Shown: piece by piece, positions 1-8,830 of the stretch
Numbering within the stretch: position 1 is the first letter of the stretch
Layout of the letters: every line of letters begins with the position of its first letter
NCBI GenBank assembly: GCA_963719495.1
Contig: CAVRCI010000007.1
Coordinates: 32,001-96,000, forward strand
Direction of reading: 5' to 3'
Length of the DNA stretch: 64,000 nucleotides
Source of the DNA: an uncultured Verrucomicrobiae bacterium
GTDB taxonomy: Bacteria > Verrucomicrobiota > Verrucomicrobiia > Chthoniobacterales > JAATET01
Notes under the pieces: model-generated
The model's database searches: none
Told to the model about the DNA's origin: nothing
What the model saw: only the letters and a program-made list of their open reading frames with translations
Made by a program: the position numbers and the translations under genes

Positions 1-40
1 ATTAATCCTAGCGAAGACCTCAATCAGGAGACAACCGACC

Positions 41-1702
41 GTGCCCCTCAACGACGACTACATCATCGACATCCTCATCGAAGCCGGACTTCTCACCCGT
101 TCGCAAGTCGACGAGGTCCGAGCCAACGCTCCCGAAGGCACCACGATCACCGACGCCCTCGTCCAGGCCAACCTCCTCAGTCACGAAGACATCGCCCGCA
201 CCCTCGCCGCCAACGGTGGCATGGACTTCGTCGACCTGACCGCCATCACGGTCCCGCCGAACGTCACCGAGATTCTTTCCGCCGAAGACGCTCGCCGCTA
301 CCACGCGGTCCCGATCTACGCGACCGACAGTTCGGTCACCATCGCGGTCGACGACCCCATGGCCTTCGAAACCTTCGACAGCCTTGGCTTCCTCCTCAAA
401 CGCGAAGTCGAATTCGTCTGCACCACCCCCGAGCAGCTCGAACAGGCCCTCGGACAATACTACGGCGCCGCCGAGAGTCTCGGCAGCGACCCGACGTCGG
501 AAATGGATCTCAGCGACGACGGCGAAGGCGACGCTCCCATCATCAAGATGGTCACGAGCCTCCTGCTCGAAGCCTACAAGGCCCGAGCCTCCGACATTCA
601 CCTCGAGCCGCTGGAAAAATCGTTCCGCGTCCGCTTCCGCATCGACGGTGTCCTCCAGGAAATGCAGTCCCCGCCGAAGAAGCTCCAATCCGCCATCGTC
701 TCCCGTCTCAAGATCATGACCGGCACGATGTCCATCGCCGAGAAGCGCCTCCCGCAGGATGGCCGCATCCAGGTGAAGGTTGGCAAAAACGCGATCGATC
801 TCCGGGTCTCGACCATCCCGACGGTCCACGGCGAGTCGATCGTGATGCGAATTCTCGACAAGTCGGCCCTCGTCCTCGGCCTCCCCGAGCTCGGCTTCCT
901 CAGCGACGATCAGCAGAAATTCGAAAACCTCATCGCTCTCCCCGACGGCATCATCCTCGTCACCGGACCGACCGGTTCCGGCAAGACGACGACGCTCTAC
1001 GCCTGCCTCAATTACATGAATCAGCCGGATCGGAAGCTGATCACCGTCGAAGATCCGTGCGAATACCAGATGGGCGGCATCAACCAGGTCCAGGTCAACG
1101 CCTCCATCGGCATGACCTTCCCCGCCGCCCTCCGTTCCATTCTGCGTCAGGCGCCCAACATCATCATGATCGGCGAGATTCGTGACGCCGAAACCGCGAA
1201 CATCGCGATCAACGCCTCCCTCACGGGCCATCTCGTGCTCTCCACCCTGCACACGAACGACGCCCCCGCGGCTGTCGCCCGTCTCGTCGACATCGGCGTC
1301 CAGCCCTTCCTCGTCTCCTCCTCCGTCCGCGCCGTCATGGCCCAGCGTCTCGTCCGTCGCCTCTGTCCGAAGTGCAAGGAGCCCACCGAGATCGCCGACT
1401 TCGAACTCATCGCCCTCGGCCTCGAGGCATCCCAACTCACGAACGCCCAGCCCATGAAAGCGGTCGGTTGCGACGCCTGCCGCGGTCGCGGATTCAAGGG
1501 CCGAATGGGCATCTTCGAAGTCTTCATCATCGACGACGAAGTCCGCCACATGATCAACAACAACGCCTCGACCATCGCCCTGCGCCAGCGCGCCCGCGAA
1601 CTCGGCATGCGCACCCTCCGCGAGGACGGCATCCGCAAAATCCTCTCCGGCTCCACCACCGCCGACGAAGTCATCACCGCCACCGCCGCCGACCTCGCGT
1701 GA
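41..1702 (+). CDS. pilB: GspE/PilB family type II secretion / type IV pilus assembly ATPase (copy 1)
   Basis: Walker A GPTGSGKTTT, LRQAPNIIMIGEIRD, GHLVLSTLHTNDA, CxxC...CxxC zinc motif, N-terminal MshEN-like region. Confidence 0.9.
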   Translation: MPLNDDYIIDILIEAGLLTRSQVDEVRANAPEGTTITDALVQANLLSHEDIARTLAANGGMDFVDLTAITVPPNVTEILSAEDARRYHAVPIYATDSSVTIAVDDPMAFETFDSLGFLLKREVEFVCTTPEQLEQALGQYYGAAESLGSDPTSEMDLSDDGEGDAPIIKMVTSLLLEAYKARASDIHLEPLEKSFRVRFRIDGVLQEMQSPPKKLQSAIVSRLKIMTGTMSIAEKRLPQDGRIQVKVGKNAIDLRVSTIPTVHGESIVMRILDKSALVLGLPELGFLSDDQQKFENLIALPDGIILVTGPTGSGKTTTLYACLNYMNQPDRKLITVEDPCEYQMGGINQVQVNASIGMTFPAALRSILRQAPNIIMIGEIRDAETANIAINASLTGHLVLSTLHTNDAPAAVARLVDIGVQPFLVSSSVRAVMAQRLVRRLCPKCKEPTEIADFELIALGLEASQLTNAQPMKAVGCDACRGRGFKGRMGIFEVFIIDDEVRHMINNNASTIALRQRARELGMRTLREDGIRKILSGSTTADEVITATAADLA

Positions 1703-1829
1703 ACGAGTCCAATGTCAAAAGTCCGACGTCGAAAGTCGTGAGGCCGCAGGCCGCATTGTCCCGACCCGCTTTCACCAACTCGCCGACCTTTGCCATTCCG
1801 ACCCTCCGACCTTCGACTCTCCGCTCCCT

Positions 1830-3530
1830 ATGAACGCCACCCAAGTCACCGACATCTTCCAGGACGCCAACCTCATCACGCACGGTGTCGCCAAGGAGCT
1901 TCAACGTGAGTGCACCGAAAGCGGCAAGCCGATCTATCAGGTCATGGTCGACGGAGGTCACGTCTCCGAGGATATTTTCTACCAGACCATCGCCGACACG
2001 CTCGGGGTCGAACGTTACGACCTCACCGAGTTCGCGCCCGGCCCCGAGATCCTTCAGCTGATCCCCGGCGGCCTCGCCCGCCTGCACGGAGCGCTGCCCA
2101 TCGGAGCCTCCGAGAACACGATCTTCGTCGCGCTCACCGATCCACTCGACGGCCAGGCCGCCGAAGATCTCCGCTTCGCCCTCGGTCGCGAGATCCAGGT
2201 CGGCGTCGGCCAGAGCATTCCCCGCGTCGAAGCCCTCATCGCCGAGTCCTACGGCAACGAGGATTCTTCGATGGAGGACATCCTCTCGCAACTCGGCAGC
2301 GGCGGCATCGAATTCGGCGAAGACGGCGTCGTCACCGACGATTTCGATCCGAACGCCGTGGCCGCGGAAGCGAACGCCACCCCGATCATTCGCTACGTCG
2401 ACCTCATCCTCGACAAAGCCATCCAGGCGCGCGCTTCCGACATTCACTTCGAACCCTTCGAGACCGAATTCAAGGTCCGCTACCGCGTCGACGGCGCGCT
2501 CTACGAGATGGACCCACCCCCGCGCCACCTCGCGCTCCCGGTCATTTCCCGCGTCAAGGTCCTCTCCAATCTCAACATCGCCGAGCGCCGCCTCCCGCAG
2601 GACGGTCGCATCCAGCGCGTCATCAACGGAAAAACGGTCGACCTGCGTGTCTCCAGTCTGCCCACCCAGTTCGGCGAATCCGTCGTGCTGCGTATCCTGG
2701 ATCGCTCCGCCGTCAACCTCGACCTCGAGACGCTCGGGATGCCGGATTACATCTACAACTACATCCTCGAAGTCATCCAGAAACCGAACGGCATCTTCAT
2801 CGTCACCGGCCCGACCGGCTCCGGCAAGACCACCACGCTCTACTCCTGCCTCCGCAAGATCAACACGATCGACTCGAAGCTCCTCACCGCCGAGGACCCG
2901 GTCGAATACGAAATCGAAGGCCTCATTCAAGTTCCCATCCAGGACGGCATCGGCCTCACCTTCGCCCGCGTCCTCCGCGCCTTCCTCCGTCAGGACCCCG
3001 ACAAGATCATGGTCGGAGAAACTCGTGACATCGAAACGGCCCAAATCGCCATCCAAGCGTCACTCACCGGGCATCTGGTATTTTCCACGCTCCACACCAA
3101 CGACTCCACCGGCGCCGTCACCCGACTCGTCGACATGGGCGTCGAGCCGTTCATGATCTCGGCCTCGCTCGAGTGCGTCCTCGCGCAGCGCCTCATCCGC
3201 CGCGTCTGCCCGAAGTGCAAGACCGCCTACGAGCCCACGGAAGCCGTCCTCCAACAGCTCGGCCTCTCCGCCTACGATATCGGCGACAAGACTTTCTACT
3301 ACGGAAAGGGTTGCGATCATTGCAACCACACCGGCTACCGCGGTCGCAAAGGCATCTACGAACTCCTCAAAATGTCTGACCCGATCCGCGAGCTCATCAA
3401 CAACCGCGCCCCCGGCGTCGTCCTCCGGCAGAAAGCGATCGAGCTCGGCATGACCACCCTCCGGGAAGACGGCCTGCGAAGCATCTACGACGGCGACAGC
3501 ACCATCGAAGAAGTCCTCAAATACACCTGA
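1830..3530 (+). CDS. pilB: GspE/PilB family assembly ATPase (copy 2)
   Basis: GPTGSGKTTT, TAEDPVEY, LRQDPDKIMVGETRD, GHLVFSTLHTND, CPKC...CDHC. Confidence 0.9.
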   Translation: MNATQVTDIFQDANLITHGVAKELQRECTESGKPIYQVMVDGGHVSEDIFYQTIADTLGVERYDLTEFAPGPEILQLIPGGLARLHGALPIGASENTIFVALTDPLDGQAAEDLRFALGREIQVGVGQSIPRVEALIAESYGNEDSSMEDILSQLGSGGIEFGEDGVVTDDFDPNAVAAEANATPIIRYVDLILDKAIQARASDIHFEPFETEFKVRYRVDGALYEMDPPPRHLALPVISRVKVLSNLNIAERRLPQDGRIQRVINGKTVDLRVSSLPTQFGESVVLRILDRSAVNLDLETLGMPDYIYNYILEVIQKPNGIFIVTGPTGSGKTTTLYSCLRKINTIDSKLLTAEDPVEYEIEGLIQVPIQDGIGLTFARVLRAFLRQDPDKIMVGETRDIETAQIAIQASLTGHLVFSTLHTNDSTGAVTRLVDMGVEPFMISASLECVLAQRLIRRVCPKCKTAYEPTEAVLQQLGLSAYDIGDKTFYYGKGCDHCNHTGYRGRKGIYELLKMSDPIRELINNRAPGVVLRQKAIELGMTTLREDGLRSIYDGDSTIEEVLKYT

Positions 3531-3567
3531 CCAAAACCGCCGCGCCAGCGCCCCCAAATCCCCAACC

Positions 3568-3649
3568 GGAGGGCGAGGCTCCCCCCGGAGGGCAGCCGGA
3601 GCGAAGCGGAGACAGTCGGGCAATTTTCCGACAACGCTCCCGCCGAGCC
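3568..3649. repeat. GGAGGGCGAGGCTCCCGCCGAGCC-type REP interrupted by a 52-bp insert
   Basis: Intact copies at 27186-27209 and 48273-48295; here split, with GCTCCC duplicated at 3578-3583 and 3636-3641. Confidence 0.65.
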
Positions 3650-3751
3650 GTGATCCTCACCCGGACCGCCCAACGCCCACGCGAAGCGATCCGCGACGAG
3701 GAGCCTTCTCTGCGACTCTGCGACTCCGCGCAAGAACCAATCGGCAATCCC

Positions 3752-3961
3752 CCGGTCGACGACAGCAACGACCCGGTCAACCATCGCAACCCCCTGACCG
3801 CTGACCGCAACGACCCGGTCGACGATCAAAACGACCCGTTGAACGACAGCAACGACCCGATCGATCCTAGCAATGGCCCGCTCGACGACAGCAACGAACC
3901 GGTCGATGGCAACAACGGCGCGTTCGACCATCGCAACGACGCCGCAGCTCCTGACAACCAT
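3752..3961. repeat. Degenerate 21-bp tandem repeat, about 10 units, consensus CCGGTCGACGACAGCAACGAC
   Basis: Units phased by eye; AAC/AAT at unit positions 16-18 in all ten; + frame reads as the heptad PVDDSND. Confidence 0.85.
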
Positions 3962-4091
3962 CCCCGCGGTCGAGGGACAATCGGACGTCGTCGGCTCCGC
4001 AAGCGTCAATCTGTGATTGCGAAAGTCGTCAGTGCCAAGTGCGCGCTGGGAGAAAAGGTGGGCGCGGAAGGCACTCCGCGCCCCACCTGCG

Positions 4092-4576
4092 TATGCGTTG
4101 AGCGCCGCTGTCCCGAACAGGGGGGGGGGAGGACGTCTCGTCCTCCCGATTCGAACGTGCGGACGAGACGTCCCCACCCCGTTTTTTCCGATCCCGAGGG
4201 AAATCGTGCATCTCCGGCCATCCAACCTCTCCGACACGCAGAATCACGCTATACTGAGATAGGAAGTTGAGAGTCCATAGTTGAGAGTTGAATGCCTAAA
4301 ATCAACGGCTTGCAGGAAATGGGGCATTCACCTTCTGGGTGATCTCGCAATCCGACGCAAGTCGCCCATTTTCAACTCTCAACTACCAACTCTCAACTAT
4401 CCACTTTTCCTTTCAGGTTTAGCGCCGCTGTCCCGGACGCGGGGGGAGGACGTCTCGTCCTTCCGATTCGAGCGTGCGGACGAGACGTCCCCACCCCGTT
4501 TATTCCGATCCCGAGGAAACTCGTGCATCTCCGGCCATCCACCCTCTCCGACACGCAGAATCACGCTAAACACATA
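4092..4576. mobile_element. Composite non-autonomous element (MITE-like) with terminal inverted repeats and target-site duplication
   Basis: Left end TATGCGTTGAGCG; reverse complement of right end TATGTGTTTAGCG; CCCACCTGCG repeated at 4082-4091 and 4577-4586; two ~150-bp direct repeats (4101-4251, 4421-4568) around a ~170-bp element with GTTGAGA/TCTCAAC inverted ends. Confidence 0.7.
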
Positions 4577-4754
4577 CCCACCTGCGGTAGGGCAGCCAGT
4601 CCCCTGTCCGCCTACTTCTCCGGCGAGGCGCGGTGCAGTCAGCCGGAGAATCTGGACCCCAGCGGTGACCATTTTCGCAATCACACCCCAAACGTCATTC
4701 GGCAAACTATTTGGCTAGCTCTCTCGCAGTCCGGGCGCGTAAAACCTTGTTCCG

Positions 4755-5468
4755 ATGAAAGACGAATTCGCCAATCGCGCCGGAATGCACCGCACGGTGC
4801 TCGAAACCCTCGATCAACCCGCCTATCGGACCATCTGGGAGGATCAGAAGCCCAAGGCCTTCTCCCGAAAGGCCCTCGAGCTACCCGGCATGATCACCCG
4901 CCTGGAGGAGTTCGCCGCCTCCCAGACCCGCGCCATCACCGGCCACGCCGGGCGCAAAGCCGACGAAGAAGCCGACGTCATCGACCTCTGCCTCACCATC
5001 GGCAAAGCCCTCGCCGCGTATTTCGAAGAAACCGGCCGCCTCGACCTCGCCACCGAGGTGGAGAAAAGCCCCACCGCCCTCGAGCGCATGCGCGACGAAG
5101 CCCTCCTCGCCCACGCCGTCACCCTCAAGCAACGGCTCGACGAAGCCCTCACCGCCGACGCCGCCACCCTCGAGGACGACTACGACCTCACCCCCGCCGA
5201 CGCCACCACCCTCGGCACCGAGACCCAGGAATACCGCGACGTCATCGCCTCCCCGCAAACGGCCATTGCCCAGCGCAAAGCCCTCACCCGCGTGCTCAGG
5301 CCCGAGTTCGCCAAAGTCTCCGCGCACTTGGCCAGCATGGATCGCCTCATCCCCACCTTCCGCAAAACCGACCCCGGCTCCCGCTTCGCCGACGCCTGGA
5401 CCACCGCCCGCGTCGTCCGAGACTTCGGCCGCGGACCGAGTGCCAAAGAGGGCGGACCAGAGGCTTAG
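4755..5468 (+). CDS. Hypothetical, probably all-alpha protein (237 aa)
   Basis: ATG start, host-like high-GC codon usage, helical composition; no tyrosine-recombinase motifs. Confidence 0.75.
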   Translation: MKDEFANRAGMHRTVLETLDQPAYRTIWEDQKPKAFSRKALELPGMITRLEEFAASQTRAITGHAGRKADEEADVIDLCLTIGKALAAYFEETGRLDLATEVEKSPTALERMRDEALLAHAVTLKQRLDEALTADAATLEDDYDLTPADATTLGTETQEYRDVIASPQTAIAQRKALTRVLRPEFAKVSAHLASMDRLIPTFRKTDPGSRFADAWTTARVVRDFGRGPSAKEGGPEA

Positions 5469-5487
5469 GAATGAAATGGGCGGAAGG

Positions 5488-5570
5488 CTCGAAAGCATAC
5501 TCGAAAGCATACGAGACAATTCTTCCGCCTATTCCGAAAGCAACAACATCAATCTAATCAACTGTTCGAC
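5488..5570 (+). other. Candidate attI-like integron recombination site
   Basis: GTTCGAC at 5564-5570 is the exact reverse complement of the R'' box GTCGAAC (6058-6064) that closes cassette 1; no attC arms upstream; CTCGAAAGCATA tandem at 5488-5511 and a third CGAAAGCA at 5535-5542. Confidence 0.5.
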
Positions 5571-6057
5571 TCATTGTGAGCCTCCGGCGGATGACTATAT
5601 TTCGCTCTTACATATTCGGACGCCGTCAGGGGACACCACATCTTGTTTCAAGCGGTCGGGTTCTTTTTTTTCGACCAGCGCAGGACGGAGGATCGGGGCC
5701 TAGGCAACAAACCCAGTTTCTCAACGGATAGAATATTTTGATTTTCGACCAATCGTTCGGAAGTCACCAGATGTCCCAACAATCGTTCCAAGCTTCTATT
5801 TGTGAGCTTGATGCCCCCTCTCTATTCCAATTCAGCCTCTACCCCCTACAATCTTCCTGGCGTATATTTGTGAGCTTGATCCCAAGCCCCCCGCTCCAGT
5901 TCAGCCTTTACTCTCTACAATCTTCCAATCGCATTTCAGTGATTCCAATCGCGAAGCCTCTTCGAAGGTTTGATCGTCATTATTGGAGTGCCTTCGGTAG
6001 AGATACGGAGGGGTTGGCTTGAGGAAGTCACGATATGCGTAGTTTGAACAGATGCGC

Positions 6058-6183
6058 GTCGAACAAGGCGCTGCAGCCAACCCCTAGCCGCTTCGCGGCG
6101 GGGGTTGCGCGGACCCGCTACTCGCAGCCCACCTCAGGGTTGGCTTGGTTCCCCGCTCAGGGTGGCTGAGCTTGACGTTAGGC
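6058..6183 (+). other. attC site 1 (126 bp)
   Basis: GTCGAAC-AAGGC-GCTGCAGCCAACCCCT...AGGGTGGCTGAGC-TTGAC-GTTAGGC; L''/L' boxes pair with one extra base. Confidence 0.9.
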
Positions 6184-6366
6184 CTTATACAAATGCGAGC
6201 ATTCATTCTTTAAGAGCGATTTCGCCCAGAAAATTTCTCCGTAAGTGGAAAATATCCAACTGCCTCTCCCGCAAATTCATCCCTTTCGCACTAAGCTAAA
6301 ACCACACACTTTGGCAAGCGCACTAACTCAGCAACACACCTCACTAAACCAAACACCCTAAATATC

Positions 6367-6747
6367 ATGTCATTTCTTCCTGCCGTTTCAGCCCGTATTG
6401 CAGCGTTACCCCCCACCGAACCAGAAAGGATTTTTCTAGAATTTATGGAGGTCAATGCGGTAGGGCGCGCAAATTCAAAAGCTTGGTCGATCATTGAATC
6501 GCACCTCCATACCAGAGGGATCATTTTGAATCAGAGACAGTTTCAACAAGGCATTCTTAAACGAACCCGTGAAGGCAACGTATATATTGGATCGAATGAT
6601 CATGGAGTTGGGAGGGGATACTTCATCATCGACGAAATCGAGGATGCCGAGTTGATGCGAAACTGGTATCAGACGCGGATTGACCGAGAGAATGTTCGCT
6701 TGGCTCATTTGCGTAGTGTAGCCGCTCTCTCCGGATGGACGATTTAG
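6367..6747 (+). CDS. Cassette 2: hypothetical protein, possibly a winged-helix/phage-like DNA-binding protein
   Basis: 126-aa ORF whose stop abuts attC2; pattern VGRANSK...IGSND...GYFII followed by a C-terminal helix. Confidence 0.7.
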   Translation: MSFLPAVSARIAALPPTEPERIFLEFMEVNAVGRANSKAWSIIESHLHTRGIILNQRQFQQGILKRTREGNVYIGSNDHGVGRGYFIIDEIEDAELMRNWYQTRIDRENVRLAHLRSVAALSGWTI

Positions 6748-6873
6748 GCCTAACAAGGCGCTGCAGCCAACCCCTAGCCGCTGCGCTCTTGGGGTTGCGC
6801 GGACCCACAACTTCCAGAAAATCACCAGACAAATTCGGTTGCCCGTTCAGGGTGGCTGAGCTTGACGTTAGCC
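6748..6873 (+). other. attC site 2 (126 bp)
   Basis: GCCTAAC AAGGC GCTGCAGCCAACCCCTAGCCG ... TCAGGGTGGCTGAGC TTGAC GTTAGCC. Confidence 0.92.
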
Positions 6874-6879
6874 TAAAAT

Positions 6880-7254
6880 ATGAAATCTCTTGCCATGCTT
6901 ACACTTAGCTTACTGCTGATTTCGTGCGGAGAGGATGCACAACCATCTTCCGAAACCTTTGCGTTTCCCGATGTAGGGGTTATATCGGTTAAAAATGGAT
7001 GGAATAGATCCGAGATTGGAGCTAGAAATAACTTTATTGGGACGTCGTGGACGAAATCGAATGCTCAGTGTGCCGATTATAATGGCGATGGAAAGATTGA
7101 TTATTTGAGAGTCGTTTCTCCTCCCGATTCCTATGAACATTATATTCTTATTGATGGTGATTTTGATGGCTATTTTGACGAAGCCGCAGGTTCCACTAGC
7201 GATACTGTTTTGAGTGACAAAAACTTATCTGTGCCACGTCTGATAGATAAATGA
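6880..7254 (+). CDS. Cassette 3: putative lipoprotein with DxDxDG-like Ca-binding motifs
   Basis: Signal/lipobox MKSLAMLTLSLLLISC; DYNGDGKID and DGDFDGYFD; ORF fills the cassette. Confidence 0.75.
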   Translation: MKSLAMLTLSLLLISCGEDAQPSSETFAFPDVGVISVKNGWNRSEIGARNNFIGTSWTKSNAQCADYNGDGKIDYLRVVSPPDSYEHYILIDGDFDGYFDEAAGSTSDTVLSDKNLSVPRLIDK

Positions 7255-7261
7255 TAAACTC

Positions 7262-7327
7262 GGCTAACAAATCCGTAGACTCAATTCTCTCGCTGCGCTC
7301 GTTCTTGAGTCACGGATAACGTTAGCC
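7262..7327 (+). other. attC site 3 (short, 66 bp, different family)
   Basis: GGCTAAC AAATC CGTAGACTCAA ... TTGAGTCACG GATAAC GTTAGCC. Confidence 0.85.
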
Positions 7328-7703
7328 TCTGATACAATGAATAAAATTAGTGTATTAGGAACGATGACCATGAGGATCGACCACAACCGCTCCGGTTCGA
7401 CTCTCTCGAGCACCGTTCTCACATGCCAAGACGCCGACATTCAGTAACCCTGTCCAAAACCTAAATGAGGAGGAACGACGAATTCACTTTTACGCGTAGC
7501 GCCGAATTTTTTTGGCCGATTTTCGCATTTTTATGCAGACGTTTTTCTTGGGATCAGGACATACTACTTTACCGATAGAGCGACCGGGAAGACATGATTC
7601 AAGATCGCCACAACTACTGTAGCTTCACAACCCGCATCGACACATCAACTTCACCAGAAACCTTTGAACGCGATCGATAGCGCCTATCGAGAAACACAAT
7701 ACA

Positions 7704-7828
7704 GGCTAACAAGGCGCTGCAGCCAACCCCTAGCCGCCGACTGTCACTCCAAACTTGCATCCGCTGTGTGGCGCAACTGCGTTGCGCGGCTCAACGCCCG
7801 TTCAGGGTGGCTGAGCTTAACGTTCGCC
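7704..7828 (+). other. attC site 4 (125 bp)
   Basis: GGCTAAC AAGGC GCTGCAGCC ... GGGTGGCTGAGC TTAAC GTTCGCC. Confidence 0.9.
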
Positions 7829-8164
7829 TGATTTATTGGAGTTAAGATCAAGGGAAAGTTCAGAGTTGCTCGATTCCCTTCGGCATACGATTGAGCACGA
7901 TTCTGGTTTTCCATTGATCACTCCCGATTCGACGCCAAGGGTTATTCGCCTGCCATGCACGCTTGAGGCGCTCACGCGGCATGAGTAGATCCATCCAAAA
8001 TCCGTTCCGGCCTGCTCTTGTCACGAGCAATATATTTATAATGCGGAGTCAATCTGGACCACAGAAGCATCGTCTACTGAATGCTCTAACGAAGCCGCTT
8101 GCTGGGTTTGACCATCGTCGGCCTGTCGGACGATCGGGTCCTCCATTGTGCAGTCACCTCTTTC

Positions 8165-8293
8165 GACGAACAAGGCGCTGCAGCCAACCCCTAGCCGGCC
8201 TACGGCAAGCCTTGGCCGACCGATCCCCCTCCCGCAAACACCTTTCCTAGACGTTCGTTGCCCCGCTCAGGGTGGCTGAGCTTGAGGTTAGGG
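8165..8293 (+). other. attC site 5 (129 bp)
   Basis: GACGAAC AAGGC GCTGCAGCC ... GGGTGGCTGAGC TTGAG GTTAGGG. Confidence 0.88.
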
Positions 8294-8334
8294 CATATCA
8301 GATACCAATAAATACAACCAACACCAATACAACC

Positions 8335-8667
8335 ATGTCACTCAAAACTGAAGTTACCAAACTTATCGAAGCAAAATCGGTTCTCGAAAACGCGGAGAAA
8401 GATTACGAAGCACAACGACTCGTCGTTCGAAACGGACTGATCGAAGAAAGCCGCAATACAATTGATCACGATGGATTTCGCATCGCCCGTGTAGATGATA
8501 AGATCGTTCGACGATTCAGTATCGCGGAACTTCGGGAACAACTCCAATGGCATTATCTCACAGACCCCGCAATCGAGGACATTATTTCCCATTCGAAGGC
8601 TGAAAGCGTTATTAAGGGAGTTCTCAGAGTAACTCGAATCCCCCAGAAAAACAGAAGTGCAATCTGA
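8335..8667 (+). CDS. Cassette 6: hypothetical protein (110 aa), coiled-coil N-terminus
   Basis: ATG at 8335 after an AC-rich leader; in frame with track ORF 8272..8667. Confidence 0.7.
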   Translation: MSLKTEVTKLIEAKSVLENAEKDYEAQRLVVRNGLIEESRNTIDHDGFRIARVDDKIVRRFSIAELREQLQWHYLTDPAIEDIISHSKAESVIKGVLRVTRIPQKNRSAI

Positions 8668-8830
8668 AATTAGCTACTTCAAGCAGGACATGCATTCTCT
8701 GCCGCAATTAAATTTCCGCTTTAAGCTTCAACATCATCGGTTTTAAAACAGCATATTTTGGGAATTGGTAAGGAGCAAAGTCAGCTTTGACTGACATCTC
8801 TTAAATTTCTTCTAATATTCCCTTGTCTCG

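Noticed and set aside
20..3056. Long minus-strand ORFs (509 and 460 aa), and similar ones across the window
   Set aside because: Antisense shadows of well-supported genes in high-GC DNA
3650..4270. 206-aa + ORF and 250-aa - ORF over the 21-bp repeats
   Set aside because: Both start and end within REP/MITE sequence; openness follows from the repeat and high GC
4755..5468. Possible integron integrase
   Set aside because: No R...HxxR...Y tyrosine-recombinase motifs; too short
7963..8250. 95-aa ORF in cassette 5
   Set aside because: TTG start and reads through attC5; not a normal cassette gene
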